A stretch of 64,000 nucleotides of DNA from the NCBI GenBank assembly GCA_002499015.1, contig DAJY01000098.1, positions 4,045 through 68,044 of the forward strand, given 5' to 3'. Position 1 is the stretch's first letter; each line of letters opens with the position of its first letter. Under the pieces are notes generated by a model that was not told where the DNA came from, ran no database searches, and was given only the letters and a program-made list of their open reading frames with translations. The translations under genes were made by a program, and so were the position numbers. Below are positions 62,266-64,000 of the stretch, one piece after another. Origin of the DNA: Euryarchaeota archaeon UBA242. Lineage in GTDB: Archaea > Thermoplasmatota > Poseidoniia > Poseidoniales > Poseidoniaceae.

Positions 62266-63036
62266 TCACAGTGAGCCTTTGTTAGCACATTTATTACATC
62301 CAGTTCCTAAGCAATATGGACACGTTGCAAATACCTTGACTCCAGTACTTGACTTCCGCATTGCCAAATCGTGATCAGGTCTCAACAAATTGGAAATTCT
62401 TGATACAGTGATGCCATCAGCACCTACTGCCCCTGTTTGATGATTGAAAGTGGAACGAAATTTATCGGCAATCACCCTCCTCCCTTCAATTGAAGTCTGC
62501 GTTGATTGTTGCGCTTCAGATTCCCAGTATTTCGGCCCACGCAGTAAAAGTGCACCCAATATTGCGATTCCGATTTGCACCATCCATGGCGAGATATTGA
62601 CAGGCATTAGTTCCGCTAAACCGGTTGAATTGGCAGGTGTCGGGAGCAATTGTAGCCTGTCAAGAATGGCAAGCGCAAATAGTACTCCTCCGGCGACCAT
62701 GGCTAGTTTTCTAGACCTAGCCATCCATCCACCACCCTTAGGTAATTTGAAGCGCCCAGCTATGACCATTACCAATCCTTCCAGAAGCATGATGAAATCG
62801 GCACCACCCCAATCACCAGTAGCGCCTAGGCAATAACTCTGACCACTACTTTCTAAACTGCTTGATATCTCATCGAAAGAGCATTGCGGCTCGGTCATTT
62901 TCAACACAGCAATTGTGGAATTAGGAGCTCCATCGATTGCAACTGGTGCAATGATACCGAGTTGGACATTACAGATTACAAATGAGATTATTGCAATACC
63001 AAACAGGGTTGCAATCTTCTTCTTCAACCCCGCCAT
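62266..63036 (-). CDS. Hypothetical membrane protein with C-terminal CxxCxGxG zinc finger
   Basis: About four hydrophobic segments and terminal CPYCLGTGCNKC. Confidence 0.65.
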   Translation of the reverse strand: MAGLKKKIATLFGIAIISFVICNVQLGIIAPVAIDGAPNSTIAVLKMTEPQCSFDEISSSLESSGQSYCLGATGDWGGADFIMLLEGLVMVIAGRFKLPKGGGWMARSRKLAMVAGGVLFALAILDRLQLLPTPANSTGLAELMPVNISPWMVQIGIAILGALLLRGPKYWESEAQQSTQTSIEGRRVIADKFRSTFNHQTGAVGADGITVSRISNLLRPDHDLAMRKSSTGVKVFATCPYCLGTGCNKCANKGSL

Positions 63037-63108
63037 GTACCTGTTTATCCATATCTATCTCATAGTGCTATCGCAACCGATGGCGTGAAGAAGTGCAAAG
63101 TTGTGGCA

Positions 63109-64000
63109 ATGCTAATGAGGACGAGTGACGCTTCTCAAATCGTCATCCTAGGAAGTGGGATTGCGGGATTATTTTGCGCAATTCGTCTTGCCAATGCTGG
63201 ACACTTTGTCAAAGTAATTACCAAACAGAGACCCATTGATTCATCGACTAATTGGGCTCAAGGAGGCATTGCTGCAATTCTTGACAAAACAGATGGAGTT
63301 GGTCTCACTTCACACATTGAAGATACTTTGGAAAGTGGAGGAGGAGAGTGTGATATTTCAGTAGTAAATAGCGTAATTAATGAAGCGAGTGATAGGATAC
63401 AAGACTTGCTAGACATTGGCGTTGATTTTGAAAAAGATGTTGATGGTAAATTCCATTTGGCCAAAGAGGGCGGGCACTCGAGTAGACGTATTTTGCACTC
63501 AAAGGATGCTACAGGAAAGGAGATCGAACGAGCCCTAAGTCAAACTGCTGAGCATCATGAGAATATTGAATTAATGCCAAATAATCTAGCGATTGACCTT
63601 ATTCAGTACGAACATGGAAACCCTAAAGCAGGAGTATCTGGCGTTTGGTGTTTGGACCAAACAACTCAAACTGTGATGACCGTCCATGCTGACACCATCA
63701 TCTTAGCAACTGGAGGATTCGGGCAATTGTGGACTCATACAACCAACCCAAGCGTTGCTACAGGCGATGGTTTGGCAATGGCCTTCAGAGCTGGTGCTGC
63801 AGTGAAAAATCTCGCGTATATCCAATTCCACCCTACGGCATTAGCATTGAAAAGTGATAGACCATTCCTAATCACAGAAGCGATGCGTGGAGAAGGTGGT
63901 GTGATACTTGATGAAGAAGGATTAAGCAAATGGCAAACTCAATGTAAAGTGGATGGGAAAATTATATCTCCGGAGCCATATTCATTCACTTTGAAATATT
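63109..64000 (+). CDS. nadB: L-aspartate oxidase (3' end runs off the window)
   Basis: Manual translation gives ILGSGIAG, STNWAQGGIAA, EGGHSSRRILH, LATGG, TGDG, IQFHPT and LITEAMRGEG. Absent from the ORF track because it has no stop in the window. Confidence 0.92.
   Translation, partial: MLMRTSDASQIVILGSGIAGLFCAIRLANAGHFVKVITKQRPIDSSTNWAQGGIAAILDKTDGVGLTSHIEDTLESGGGECDISVVNSVINEASDRIQDLLDIGVDFEKDVDGKFHLAKEGGHSSRRILHSKDATGKEIERALSQTAEHHENIELMPNNLAIDLIQYEHGNPKAGVSGVWCLDQTTQTVMTVHADTIILATGGFGQLWTHTTNPSVATGDGLAMAFRAGAAVKNLAYIQFHPTALALKSDRPFLITEAMRGEGGVILDEEGLSKWQTQCKVDGKIISPEPYSFTLKY

Overview
This is a gene-dense chromosomal window from an archaeon. Archaeal markers are RPA, Cgi121, Hel308, Cdc6/Orc1, S6e, aIF2-gamma and Dph2. 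They occur together with bacterial-type gyrAB, class II HMG-CoA reductase, a class II CCA enzyme, NadB and many secreted peptidases. This mix suggests Thermoplasmatota, most likely Marine Group II/Ca. Poseidoniales (inference). About 50 CDS are supportable, and I saw no rRNA, tRNA, CRISPR array or transposase. The window is rich in chromosome-maintenance genes (rpa pair, hel308, gyrBA, cdc6, smc-scpA-scpB). The most notable observations are: (1) an operon of a catalytically degenerate AAA+/wHTH protein, a beta-propeller and DUF357, preceded by a helically phased array of TAACGC sites and lying near smc-scpAB; (2) a pilin-less Tad-like operon led by a small protein resembling phage baseplate/tube-initiator domains, downstream of rpa and convergent on a triple-SAP-domain gene; (3) an AT-rich gyrB-aroD spacer with a bipartite direct repeat 350 bp apart (candidate origin); (4) unusual domain architectures, including a membrane-anchored Smr domain, a TMK-wHTH fusion, an HeH/EF-hand/OB protein, a GcvH lacking its lipoyl lysine and a lid-less SerK-like protein. 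All family calls come from motif recognition by eye; no database search was run, and some start codons were moved by RBS or overlap inspection.
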